A stretch of DNA of 63,353 nt, the filler included, from Choristocarpus tenellus KU-1152 (taxonomy: Eukaryota; Protista; Phaeophyceae), in assembly GCA_964200185.2 (NCBI GenBank). It is 11 parts of 11 records of this genome, joined end to end, with 100 filler letters (N's around TTAATTAATTAA, not from the genome) between each part and the next. Parts side by side here need not be neighbours in the genome. Positions count along the whole stretch, not along the records: positions 48,873 to 56,160 come from CAXNAD020006402.1; positions 56,261 to 60,503 come from CAXNAD020015517.1; positions 60,604 to 63,353 come from CAXNAD020025063.1; 8 more parts are not named here. One strand, written 5' to 3'. The position numbers and the translations under genes are program-made. Below, piece after piece: positions 52,379-63,353 of the stretch. The notes under the pieces are model-generated. The model saw only the letters and a list, made by a program, of their open reading frames with translations, did no database searches and was not told the DNA's origin. Position 1 is the stretch's first letter. Every line of letters begins with the position of its first letter.

Positions 52379-54585
52379 TTGGCGCGCGCAAATGTATATG
52401 GCTGCACGTCACATCCACAAATGTGTGTGTCGGAGATTCCAAAAAAGGAACCTGTCTGACTTTATATTTCATACTATTTCCAAGTCAAATTACCTGCGCC
52501 TTGAATTGCCTGAAAATGTCCTATTTGCACCTTAAATTGTCTACTCCCTACCATTATGTCCAAATCATTGACACATAACTAGGTCTGAGGTAGTAGACCG
52601 TGTTCACATGTGTTGAATGTGGCCATCCACCAACGTATTGTAGATTTTTCAAAAGACGTGCCCATGGTAGAGTATCTTGCTTTGACCATGGAAATGACTA
52701 CTTGTAGACTCTCATCAATTGTGCGGCGCCACTCAGCTACGCCCTCGTCTACTCGTAGAGATGTCTCTAGTGTGGTTAATCTCCTTCTATGTCTTCCCTT
52801 CTCACACAATACCCACTGCCATTCGAAATCCCTCGCATCCATCATGTTTTTCTCCCCCAAATTTTTCCTGCTTCAGGTGTGCCGCCGTTTTGTAATAACA
52901 CAGTGGAACACATGGCGAGGTCATGGTATGTCTCCAACACATTGGCAAAGTTGCGATGTGCACTCATAGATACCTTCAGAAACAGGCCAACTTCACCCAG
53001 AACGTTTGAAGGAGTGAAAATTATTTTTTTAATAAGGATACTAGCTCTGGATCTGTGTGGTTGAACATGTCAAGGTCGGCAACTCATGCACCACACGCGC
53101 TCACTTTCGTCCTCTCATTCAACAGTAATTCCTCTCTTGTGGTGTGTATACAAGTACATTTATTCTTGGTGTAGGCGCCAGGGTTGTCAGAACTATGGGC
53201 AACAGTAATATAGGCCAACACTTGAAGGGCCCTTCCAAATTATGTGTTCTAGACAGTAATCTGCACGGTCTTGGTTTGGCTCTTGATCCCCGCTTAGGGT
53301 TAAATCCCTGTTGGACGGTCAGTTTGTTCTACCGCAAGTTTGGTGACGTGACTATTCCTCGTGTCCACCACTGGGCAACACTCCTGGATCACACTTTTGA
53401 GCACCGCCTTCCCTGCGACCACTCCCTTGCCCTGTCTATACCTCCTGCCACATCTACACGCCCTGTGACGCCATATGAAACACCCCATACGAGGATAGGT
53501 ACATATCGATCCTGTCCACAACTCCTCTAATGGTGCAAACAACACTCTATGCAGTAAGCCAGTGAATAGATGCGAGGGCAAACTGGTATGAAGAAAAGCG
53601 GTGAAAGGAGACTTTACTGCAGGCTAACCTCTAGGGCCAGCTCATGGGTTCAATTCATGACGTGAGATGATCTCTACTACGCACAGCTGGTTCGTAGACT
53701 CTTGAATCAATGTCACCGAGAGGGGTGAGGTTTTTGGTCGTTTTGTTTGAAGTTCCAACTTTGATAAGGATAACTTGCAACTGCAAACGAAATTACCCAT
53801 GAAATAGCCAAAATGCACTCCACACCTGTGGAGTGAGTACTTAAAAAATGTTTCCAATGAAGTCAGAGGGGCCCTTCAAACTCAGCAGCACCTTCCCCTC
53901 GGATACTGGGACGAGTCAAACCAACTGAGAAGTAGACAGAGTTGCATTTTAAGAATCTCGAAAAAGGGGAAAGATATGCCATTTTGTTCAATTGCAGAAT
54001 GAGCATTTGCTTAATTGTATTGTCACTTTGTGTATGGAAAGACGAAGTATCGATTTTGCATGCACTATTGTACACATCAAGCATCGAAATAGAAATAATA
54101 ACTTCAGAAATCAAGAGACCAAGAAACGCCTGCATAAAAATTACAAAATCGTGAAAGTGAAACAAATTTCATCAAAGAATTTAATAATGTCCTAACACTT
54201 CTTTTCCAGACTCCTCTAACATACTACGGGTGAATTGCACAGGTTAAGAAATATTACTTAGAATACAAAAAGGGCCCAAGCCTGCCTACTTCTCAATTGT
54301 TTCAGCTCAATAATTTTGCCCTTCCTAGTGATACGTCATCTACCAGCACAATTAGTATCAATATTGAAGTATTTTGTCTAGGTCAGATTTGTCCCTGTTC
54401 ATGATTGTAACTTCAGTCAGTATACATATGTGTGCAATATTGAGTAAAATTGTATGTATGCACCTTTCTGTCAGTAACAAGTCCTTGTAGTAAAATACCC
54501 GTGTACAGTCCACGAAGTCCTGTTGCACTTAGCATTTCTATTACTTCCACATCTAAGTCAAACTGTTCACTCTATCCAAAATATT

Positions 54586-54764
54586 GACCCAAAGTATCTG
54601 TGGGGGGAGGGGGTTCTACGCCAGGGTGTCCATTTGGACCTAAAGCAGGAAAAGTGCACCTATATTTATCCGTCTGATGTATGCAACCAAATCACCCAAA
54701 AATCGCGACATGAAAGCATTGACCCCAAATGGACAGCCGCCACCCCCCCCAGATACTTTGAGCC
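54586..54764. mobile_element. MITE family C (about 180 bp, G-rich TIR), 4-bp flanking repeat TATT; partial copies at or near contig ends 12189-12211, 15291-15333, 19000-19031, 32635-32688
   Basis: TATT|GACCCAAAGTATCTGTGGGGGG ... CCCCCCCCAGATACTTTGAGCC|TATT. Confidence 0.8.
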
Positions 54765-56624
54765 TATTGCTTTAGAGTTTGAATCAAACCAACCGAGAGG
54801 TGGGCGGGGTTGCACCTTAACAATCCTGACAAAGGACAAAAATGTGTCATTTTGTACAACTGTAGAAAGAACCTTTGCTGAATTGTGGTGTCACTTTGTG
54901 TGTGTGAATGGGGAAATATAATTTTCCGTGCTCTTTAACTTGTTGGTTTGACTGCATTTGACCTAAACTCATGTAAGCACAAGGATATGTACACATGCAC
55001 ACTCCTCTGTAACAAAAGTAGCCGTAAAAAAACACTGCATTGAAGTCTTTGCCCTTGCCCAATTATCTCAGCTGCATGTTGACCAAATTTTACATAAGCA
55101 CAAACTGCACACTACTCGTTAAAATATCCCATACTCCAGCAGCACACTATACCCGACAGCAATATTTTGGACTGGAGTTAGTTTTTGTAACCCAGGAGCG
55201 TGTCCACTGAGATTCACAGTGATGCACAACATAGATAGGACATGACTGCATGGCCACCTAGTTCGAAGCTTGAAGTGATAGACTCCCATTCAGCTGCAAG
55301 TACTTCCAGCAACAATCACTTGGTGGCTATCACCTTTTATCAAATATTTTCACAGGACCAAAACCAGTTGACATCAAATTTTCCTCTCCAGGAAATCTGG
55401 TTTGACAAACCACATTACAAGCATAACAGAAAGCTACACCTCCTTTACCCTCCTTTTCGTTGCTAAACCACAAGAATTGAACATTGAAAGTCTAAATTGT
55501 GACGGCAAGGCTTCATTGCAACCAGGTGAGTACTGCACAAAGTTTGAGGGAGGCAGAACAACAACCAGGGGGATGGTTGAGCCCATCTAATGAGAAAAAT
55601 GAAGGCACGCATGTGGGAGAGCAATCAATTGGAAGTCAATAGTTGGTTTATGGGTATGGTGTCTCTGAAGGGTTGAACTTTGTAGTGTCCTGCTAGCTCA
55701 GTGGTTTAATGGATTTTGTGTCCCTCCTGTTTGAACCTCCTCGATACTAGATCCCTGTCAGGAAAATCTGACTTCAATGATCAAAAGTTCGCGTGGTGAG
55801 GGACCACAACTATTGTACCTTGTAGTATCCTATCTGTATCAGAGACTGTATCACAAGAATGTGAGGAGTCCCAAATGAGGTGACATGGCTTGATTATGTA
55901 GCAATGTAAAGGCGCGGGTTCAGGAGAAGATTTGAGGGAGGAGATAAAGCGACGAGTGAGCAGTGGGATGACTGAAACATGTATTGGAGAAGCAGGACAC
56001 GAATGGAGGCAGCGTAATTGGTGCTTGTGTGCAATAGTTGATTCTCGTTTGTAGGCTAAGCAATCATAATATTTATATACTAATACTTTTTTTGTGGAAA
56101 GCATGTTTGTCTGTTATTATACCGTTATTGCCGTATGCCATATACCGTTATACCGTGGTANNNNNNNNNNNNNNNNNNNNNNNNNNNNNNNNNNNNNNNN
56201 NNNNTTAATTAATTAANNNNNNNNNNNNNNNNNNNNNNNNNNNNNNNNNNNNNNNNNNNNGGGGAATAGTGATGAGGGGGGGTGGGGGGGGGGGGGGGGG
56301 GGGGGGTGTGGGGGGGGAGGTAGCTGACCAATCCAGGAAATTTCTGACTTCTCCCTACTGAAAAATCTTAAGTAGGCAGAGCAGGATGGCATTATAATAT
56401 TTAGCGCTAACAGTGTAAGGAGTTCGTCATGCACCATCAACAGTGTTCCTTCCGTATCGTATCACACCACCAAGTAAAATGCGACCCTTTTTGAAGCATC
56501 AGAGAGTACTAAATGCTGACCTCCACATGCAAACAACTGAACCATCTTGTCCCTAGCAATCACATCATACACGGAAGTAGTATCTGCAAATGCCTAAGGT
56601 TCACCCTCATTCGGAGTTTCATCT

Positions 56625-57985
56625 TACCTAAACTGTTCCAAGTAGCAGGGTGCAATGTTCATCTGTCTACGCAAGGCGACACAATATGAAAATCATGTAC
56701 GTCAGAAAATACAAAAACTAACACGGGGTTCTCACAGTGGTTAGTTGACTGGCAACAACCAATAGCACACGTTAAGGTAGATCACGACTTGTCTTATTAC
56801 AACGCGTTTAGTTAGTGGCATCAACTTTGGAAAACCAGACTTACCACCGTTGACCACAGAAAAAATATATATACGATGGTACACGAAGCTCTAAGGCGAT
56901 AAACTCAAAAACGTAGGTTCACCCAGGATTGTGGATACCGCAGAGACCGAACAACTTTATAAAGCGAAGGATGCCCTTTAAAAAGACACAAAACATGCAC
57001 GTCTTTTGCGCGTTGTAAAGGTGCCATCAACACTTCTGTGTGGAAAACGGTCCGGGCAAAGGAGCCCTTTGGGGGCACGAAAACATCTCTCTTGCGTCAG
57101 GGAATATAATGAGGTATCGAAAGCAATGACCTCCAATCCCAGTCCAAGACTAATGGCCGCATATGGACAAGGGATTAGTGACCCACCTCTGTTCCTTCCC
57201 CGTGACTTCGTAGAAGTACCGTGCTGTTGACCTCGCCGGACTTGGAGCAACGGAAAACAGTGTTGGACATTCCCCCTGTCAATGCCGTCATTGAGAAACC
57301 CATCACAGGATGTTCTCGCGGTACAGCATTGGCACCTACCCTTCCTCCATCTCCCCACCCTGGGGTGGTTTGTCCAAGGACTCTGGACAAAAATCAGGAG
57401 GACATGGATCAATCATGGAATAGTACGGTGATCGGCTGATGAGCACTAGACAATGGTGTAGTCTTGCAACTCATCTAATTCAAAGTGTGATGACAACAGA
57501 AATGGATTTACAACGATTACATGAAAGATACGCTAATTGGTGGTCTTCACAAGCACAAGGACGATGGTTAGGGGAAGGCGTTAGCACTGCAAGTAAAACG
57601 GACCTTGATATGATCCCACACCGGAAGAACTGCCTGCATGAGGGTGATGACAGATGACAAGACTTTGTAGTGAAATCTTCAATTGTGGGGTGATTAGGAG
57701 GCAGATATAGGGTTGGTAAACATATGGAGCTGAGTCAGGGACTGCAGGTAGAATTGACTGATATATGGAGGTGCGATACAAAGAGATAGGGAGATATCAA
57801 AGCATCTTCTCCTCATCGATATATGGGTACGCAAAGCACCTTAGAGCCGACTCCTGGACAATCTGTGGTATTGCTCCCTCCAAGTCAGATGAGGACTTGC
57901 AAACTTCCCTTAGACCAAGACGGACCGATGGAAATTGAACAAGGCTTCCCAGCCCCGCCTCATATTCTACGCAACCACTTGTCAT
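56625..57985 (-). CDS. Choline/ethanolamine kinase, 5' part
   Basis: Exon about 57985-57840 splices in phase to about 57383-57188, giving SMTALTGGMSNTVFRCS...TVLLRSHGEGTE (family N-lobe GG.SN and VLLR..G.GTE). Candidate downstream exon MNIAPCYLEQF near 56630-56662. Confidence 0.7.
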
Positions 57986-60603
57986 TGCAGTATATAAGTA
58001 AGCTATATAGCCAACGAGTTGTGTGCAGCTCTCACGATCTCTTCACCAAGCCAGTCCTATAGCAATAGTCTTTGTGTGCACTCTTTCTTCCTTGAACAAC
58101 CACAAATGAAACAGCTGTTAGAGAGTGCAACAACAGAAGATGTAGAATTCACAAAACATATTACAAAAAATGAAAGCAAAACTAGTGAATGGATACAATT
58201 ATTATTTCGTGTTATGGTCTTTTTTTGAGGGTGCCTTGTATTATCTAGATGATCTTTCTTCTCAGCTCTCCATGACTTTGTTACTATCCTACAATTAATG
58301 TTGTCACAGGTTCCTTCTTTGCGATCTCCGACATACACATTTTGTGGATAAGACGGGTGTTGATATACATATTTGTACATTAAAGACTATGTCATTGGAA
58401 CTCGGGCATACCGACCAGTTCATAGAAACCAACCACACCCATAAGATCCGGATTTCACCAAACAACTAAAAGGACTTTCAGAACGAAGTTCCATTCCAAT
58501 TCTGATCGATCCATTTCTCTGCTGTGACGTTGCTCAGTCATTTTGGGACATCTGTTGTGCTTTCAGGTTATTATTCTGTCTGGATTTCCTCAACTGAGTT
58601 TGAGATGCTGGGCCAAGACCTGTGAAATTTGTTCTTCTTACCCTCTGAGGTGGAGGAGTTCAGTCTGGTGATTGTGACTGCCACCTTGCAGAGAGAGTTT
58701 TGGCGCCTTGACAGTTCCACAGTATATACATATATATATATATATTATCATACTGTCCACATTTTGGAGATATATGTGTTGGTAAAGGAAATATCAAAAC
58801 CAACACATACTGTTACTCTGCTCTATAGACAACAACAGTGCAGTGTAGTGAAGTTGTGGTCAATCTTAGAACACCCCCCTAACATGTACTCCATGAAAAC
58901 AACATACATCCCCTTGAACATTGTTCTCTACCTTTTACATGGTGGGCAGGGAGATGGTTAGGAAAGCATCTCAATATTTTCTATCAAGCCCCTTCTTGCC
59001 CACTTGCCTGATGTCTCTAGCTTGAAGCACACCGTTCTTTTGGAGAGAATACTAGTAGTGCAGTGATGAAGACGTCTCAAAAATAACATTGTGTTCTGTT
59101 TCCTTCTTTCCTGCTTTACACTTGATTTTCCTCCATGAAAATCTCTGCAACATGTCAATTGGCATGATACTATTATGGTGTGTAAGACTGTTGTGTGTTA
59201 CAATGGACAAAATACAGCTTGAGTATTACTATGTACAATTAGAAGAGTAATAAAGAGCATAATCGGAATCTCCTGATCGACGGGCTAGGCTGAACGATAT
59301 CTTCATAGGTACATGACTTTTCATTTTTCACGTTTATGGTTTATTATGTGTCATACATGTTGCTATTCGTTGTGTTCTTGTCCATTGTATTGTATTTATC
59401 TAGAATTATTCCCTTACCTCATTTTTCGAAAATCCTTTCCGGGGATATCCTTGCTCTTTCCCTTCCCCACTACTCAATTGTGATGTTCTTTCACACATCA
59501 GTGGGCATAACAACATAGATGACATCTGGAACACTGTAGGAGGTACAGGCCATGTCCAAAGCAGTCCCACGGAGTTGGCACGTGCGCACCACGATCCCTC
59601 TCCCCTCAAGTCTTGTAGAAAAGTATCTGCATAATGCCACATATCATCACTGGCACTATGCTGTAGCACTATGAACCATAACACAGTGCTACACACCACC
59701 AGTATGCCCCCCTTTCGGTACTGTGATGGGTTGAGATCAGTACCTTATCATTGAAGATTATTAGCAGAATTCACAAGTGGATTATTTCAGATGTACTTGT
59801 AGCTCTTCTTTACAAAACCTGTAACTGTATCCACACACCTGTAATATTGAATGGTGTCCACTCGATATTTTAGTCAGTGACGCCTCAGTTACCAATTGCT
59901 GGATCTAGTATAAACAATCTTTTGCCCTGGAATATCGAAAAATCTTACGAGAGTCAACGTAAACGGAAGGGACCCGCAGGTGAAAATTGCTTTTGTTGAA
60001 GTCCCCCCCCTCAGTGTGTTTACGACAATCACTGCAGTAATATATTCTGGAGCACATATAGCAGTAACCCATTCCACTATATAGAGTTGCATTTAAAGGA
60101 TTTCTGATAAACATGTGCAAAGCTTGGCTAATTCAGTTCGAAACTTTGAGTATCCTGTTCAAAATATTCCAGCACAGAGATATCAGGTCAAATCCGGCAC
60201 CTCATCCAAGAAAATATGGGCGAACTGGAAAAGATTGAAAAATCTGACTTTATATTCGGAACGGTCAAAGCCTGGGTACCTATCGTTTACTTTGACTCTT
60301 GTCTAGCTTCAAAAGCATTTCCTTGACCAAGTGGGAAAATGGGGTGTGGCGCCATAAAAGGGATGTATGACTCCCAAGTGCATGGCATGGTTGAGGTCAC
60401 GTTATCCAGACAGGGGAAACAAGGGTGATCGGAACAGTGGGGGGCCTGTTACGGTGTTCGCAAAGGAAAAGGCTTGTCAGGTTCCTTCTTCCTCCTCATG
60501 CTGNNNNNNNNNNNNNNNNNNNNNNNNNNNNNNNNNNNNNNNNNNNNTTAATTAATTAANNNNNNNNNNNNNNNNNNNNNNNNNNNNNNNNNNNNNNNNN
60601 NNN

Positions 60604-61113
60604 AGGCTCTAGACAGCCGGGGCAGAGAGGGAAAGAAGGGGGAGGGGCTGTGGGGTGGGGGCGTGGGATGGAGAGCAGGCGGAATGATGGGATGGCAAAA
60701 GGGATGGAGGACGATTGTGAGCGGATGGATTCCAGCATGGCTTCGGTTCCCACACTCCCCTCTATGGCAGCGTAGTAGTGTTCTGGGCTGGCAGGAGTAC
60801 GGCAGGTGGGGCACGGGATGGGATGCAGGGGTCTGGCGCAGAGGTATAGAGCCGAGGCACAACCCAGATCCAGCGAGTGTGTGCAGGAGAAAAGGAGTAC
60901 CGACTGTTGTATCTCAGGAAAACAGATCACACAGTGTTCCGGTGTAAGCTGACGTGGTTGTTGGGATGGGCGGGGGTTGGGGTCCCTGTTGGGGGAGGCT
61001 GGCCGCCAAAGCCCCATAATATCTCTTATCACTGTCTCTCCTGTCTCCTCCTCATCGTAGCTGTGTAGAGGCGGGCCCCTCTCCCTGCGACCATGGTCGT
61101 GTGCCTCTACCAC
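60604..61113 (-). CDS. RING-finger-like ORF, cut by contig end
   Basis: CVIC..CTHSLDLGC..CPTCR. Confidence 0.55.
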
Positions 61114-61551
61114 CTCTCTAGCCCCATCCCCTTGTGTGCTCGTTCAGTTTTCTGTTTGTGTTTCGCCATCATGTCACAAATGTGAGAAACACTAACCTAT
61201 TTGTTATTTCACTACTATCTATGTTGTACCACTACCGTTCCTGTGCCTCCAGTCTACCTATTCCTGCACCCCAGGGTGAGGAACTAGGGAGGCATCCCAA
61301 GAATCCAACAAGCCCCTCCATGCCCATCTCCCTGGTAACTCCAGTTTAAATCGCATGCACGTCTAGGAAGTGCCATTTGCGTTTTTACAGAGACTATTTG
61401 GCGTAGGCAGGATTGACCGACCCTTTCCTACCATATCCTTCAGTTCCTCTCCTCCCCACCATATGTGTGGCCAGTTCATCCAGGAAACAATCTGCTTGCT
61501 TGCCGAGCCGCCCAAAACTTACTTCTGTGAAGGTGTTGAGGTTATAATTAA

Positions 61552-62865
61552 GGTGGTACCAGTAGCTTTGCCCTCTGTGGCAATCTTGAATTTTTTCACC
61601 ATAACCTTACAAAAGATATACAACAATATATATACCAAATGAAAGGGTATGACAAGACCTTTTGAAGGTTTGTATCTACGATGTCGAGGCTTCAGGGAAC
61701 AGGAGCTATGTCCCGATCAAAGAATGGCAAAAACGCGGGGGAACATCTCCGGCGCAATTTTGAAGGTCACGACTTCAGAACGGACAAAAATTAAGTGGCT
61801 GGCTGAACTCCTTGCAGAAAACTGATGCGTGGTGGGCCGCTGCCCAAGTTTGGTCGGTGTGTGGATATTGCTTTTTAGAAAAAGGTTTCGGGACATCTTT
61901 TTAACGCCTTTTGCAGACTTTCTGTGAGCACACCCATACGTGAATTACAGAGCAACATGAACCACAATGGTACGACAAGGAGAGTCGCCGAAGCCAATCT
62001 GCCCCCTGGATTTACCCTCGGTACCTTCTCTGTCGAGAGGCAACGGAAAAGCAAGTACCGTGTGACACTCAGTGTGATGTTAGGTGACAATAAAGTTTGA
62101 GTAGTGCGGTGCAGCAGCATGATCAAATCTAGAAATGGATCACGTGGTCGCAACACTGACACCGAGAGAAGATGCACTGGAAGCATTACCACGCAAACGT
62201 GGTTGGGTCTTCAACTGCGTCGTAAAACTGCTCTGCAGTCTCTGCCACATCGGGAAAACAGGAAGAGAATAGCGAGTCCATCACCAGGAGGTACAGTGAT
62301 GAAGTCTGTGGGGAAGCCTGGTCGTGGCGGGCAAAGAGAGAACCAGAGTGACCAACCGAAGGGAAGGTTGGGGAGGAGAACAGTGCGACTGTGTGCCATT
62401 GCGCACAGGAAACGCCTAAGCGAAAACCTGGGTGTAGAATATCTTAGTAGTCAATAGTTGCAGCAGGCCCTAGCTGTTTGGAAGCTGTGCGAGCCAGAGT
62501 GGCTTAGGAAACGAGAAAGAAGGTGTTAGGACTGGGCTACAAGGGCTCTGAAGCCTAAAAGAAGGTAACCCATTTCCGGTGCTCAACGAGGAAATTTGAT
62601 ATTAAAGGCTTTAACACTGTGAATCCTGTACCTGTGTATGAATGATGGGAAAGACCGTCAAACGGCACTTGAGATGGCCGCAGGATATGCAATGGTCCAG
62701 TCGGAATCTATGAGTAAATGGGAGAGAGACTTCCTAACTAAGGGCCACATCAAGGTGTCGGAGCAAGGGCGCGATGACAGGCGTTTCGTTCTGGGCCTTG
62801 ACGAGGACATCCTTGCCAAGGTCAAAGAGTGGGTGCGCAAACACACAGAAAGAAAGGATGGGTAG
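61552..62865 (+). mobile_element. DNA transposon left arm (TTAA-flanked, Kolobok-like) with decayed coding pieces
   Basis: TTAA|GGTGGTACCAGTAGC terminus also found at 49314-49364. Downstream fragment SKWERDFLTKGHIKVSEQGRDDRRFVLGLDEDILAKVKEWVRKH looks like a transposase HTH region. Confidence 0.45.
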
Positions 62866-63185
62866 GCTTTTCCCCCGCCTAAACCCTATACTTTAATCAA
62901 GTAATAGCGTATCTGTTCCCACTCTTGGTGACCTACAATCCAGGGTTCGAACCCCAATATGACCGCTCTTTCTTCAAAAATCGAAAAAAATGGCGAGAAA
63001 AAAATAACGAAGCCCTTGCTCTGGAGGGCACTATGGACGGGCATCACGAATATGCTTCTAAAACAAAATACACTGTCTACATCAAAAGTTACGACGGGAC
63101 AACCCCAGAGACATAAGCTACTGGTACCACCATATGAGGATCAAAAGAGCCCTCCTAGTGGGTGCGCTTTCGCGCCTCGGGTATA

Positions 63186-63353
63186 ATAATAATTGTATTA
63201 TTATGCCCTTTGATATTTTGGAGATGTGTCAGAGGGAAAACCAACCGATGAAATCTATTCACATGTCAGGATAAACCCTAATATTGTATATATAATATTT
63301 TATTATTATGCCCTCTGACATTTTGCAGATGTGTCAGGGGGGAAACCAATGAA
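63186..63353 (+). repeat. About 107-bp tandem repeat at window end
   Basis: TATTATTATGCCCT.TGA.ATTTTG.AGATGTGTCAG.GGG.AAACCAA occurs twice. Confidence 0.8.

Noticed and set aside
55690-55745. tRNA-like A box (TAGCTCAGTGG) and weak B box; similar isolated B boxes near 12605, 28012 and 62945
   Set aside because: No cloverleaf could be folded. At most SINE debris.
13018-57985. Choline transporter and choline kinase in one window as a pathway cluster
   Set aside because: They are on different contigs joined artificially, so there is no evidence of linkage.
12089-60603. Regularly recurring TTAATTAATTAA palindrome, superficially array-like
   Set aside because: Artificial linker between concatenated contigs, always embedded in 44+44 N.

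Overview
Eukaryotic, intron-containing DNA. Gene content, GT-AG introns and interstitial TTAGGG repeats suggest a stramenopile, probably a brown alga or close relative (inference). The window is not a contiguous locus: eleven contigs are joined by ten artificial 100-bp linkers (44 N + TTAATTAATTAA + 44 N), so adjacency across linkers means nothing. Spliced genes reconstructed by hand: a complete 7-exon iron-containing alcohol dehydrogenase-fold gene that has lost all four metal ligands, an FKBP PPIase with a C-terminal TM helix, TIPIN/Swi3, Nup35/53, a partial SLC44 choline transporter-like gene, a partial ankyrin-repeat gene of the type seen in giant viruses, the APC1 3' end, part of a large FN3+SPRY gene, a partial DOT1-like methyltransferase, a complete DNL zinc-finger (Zim17/Hep1) gene, a partial choline/ethanolamine kinase and a RING ORF. 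The rest is rich in transposon debris (copia, gypsy, pogo-like, Kolobok-like, an XPG-like relic) plus several MITE families sharing a GAGTCAAAGTA-like terminus. The best leads are the Fe-ADH pseudoenzyme and the MITE group with sequence-nonspecific 3-bp target duplications. No CRISPR, rRNA or convincing tRNA was seen.
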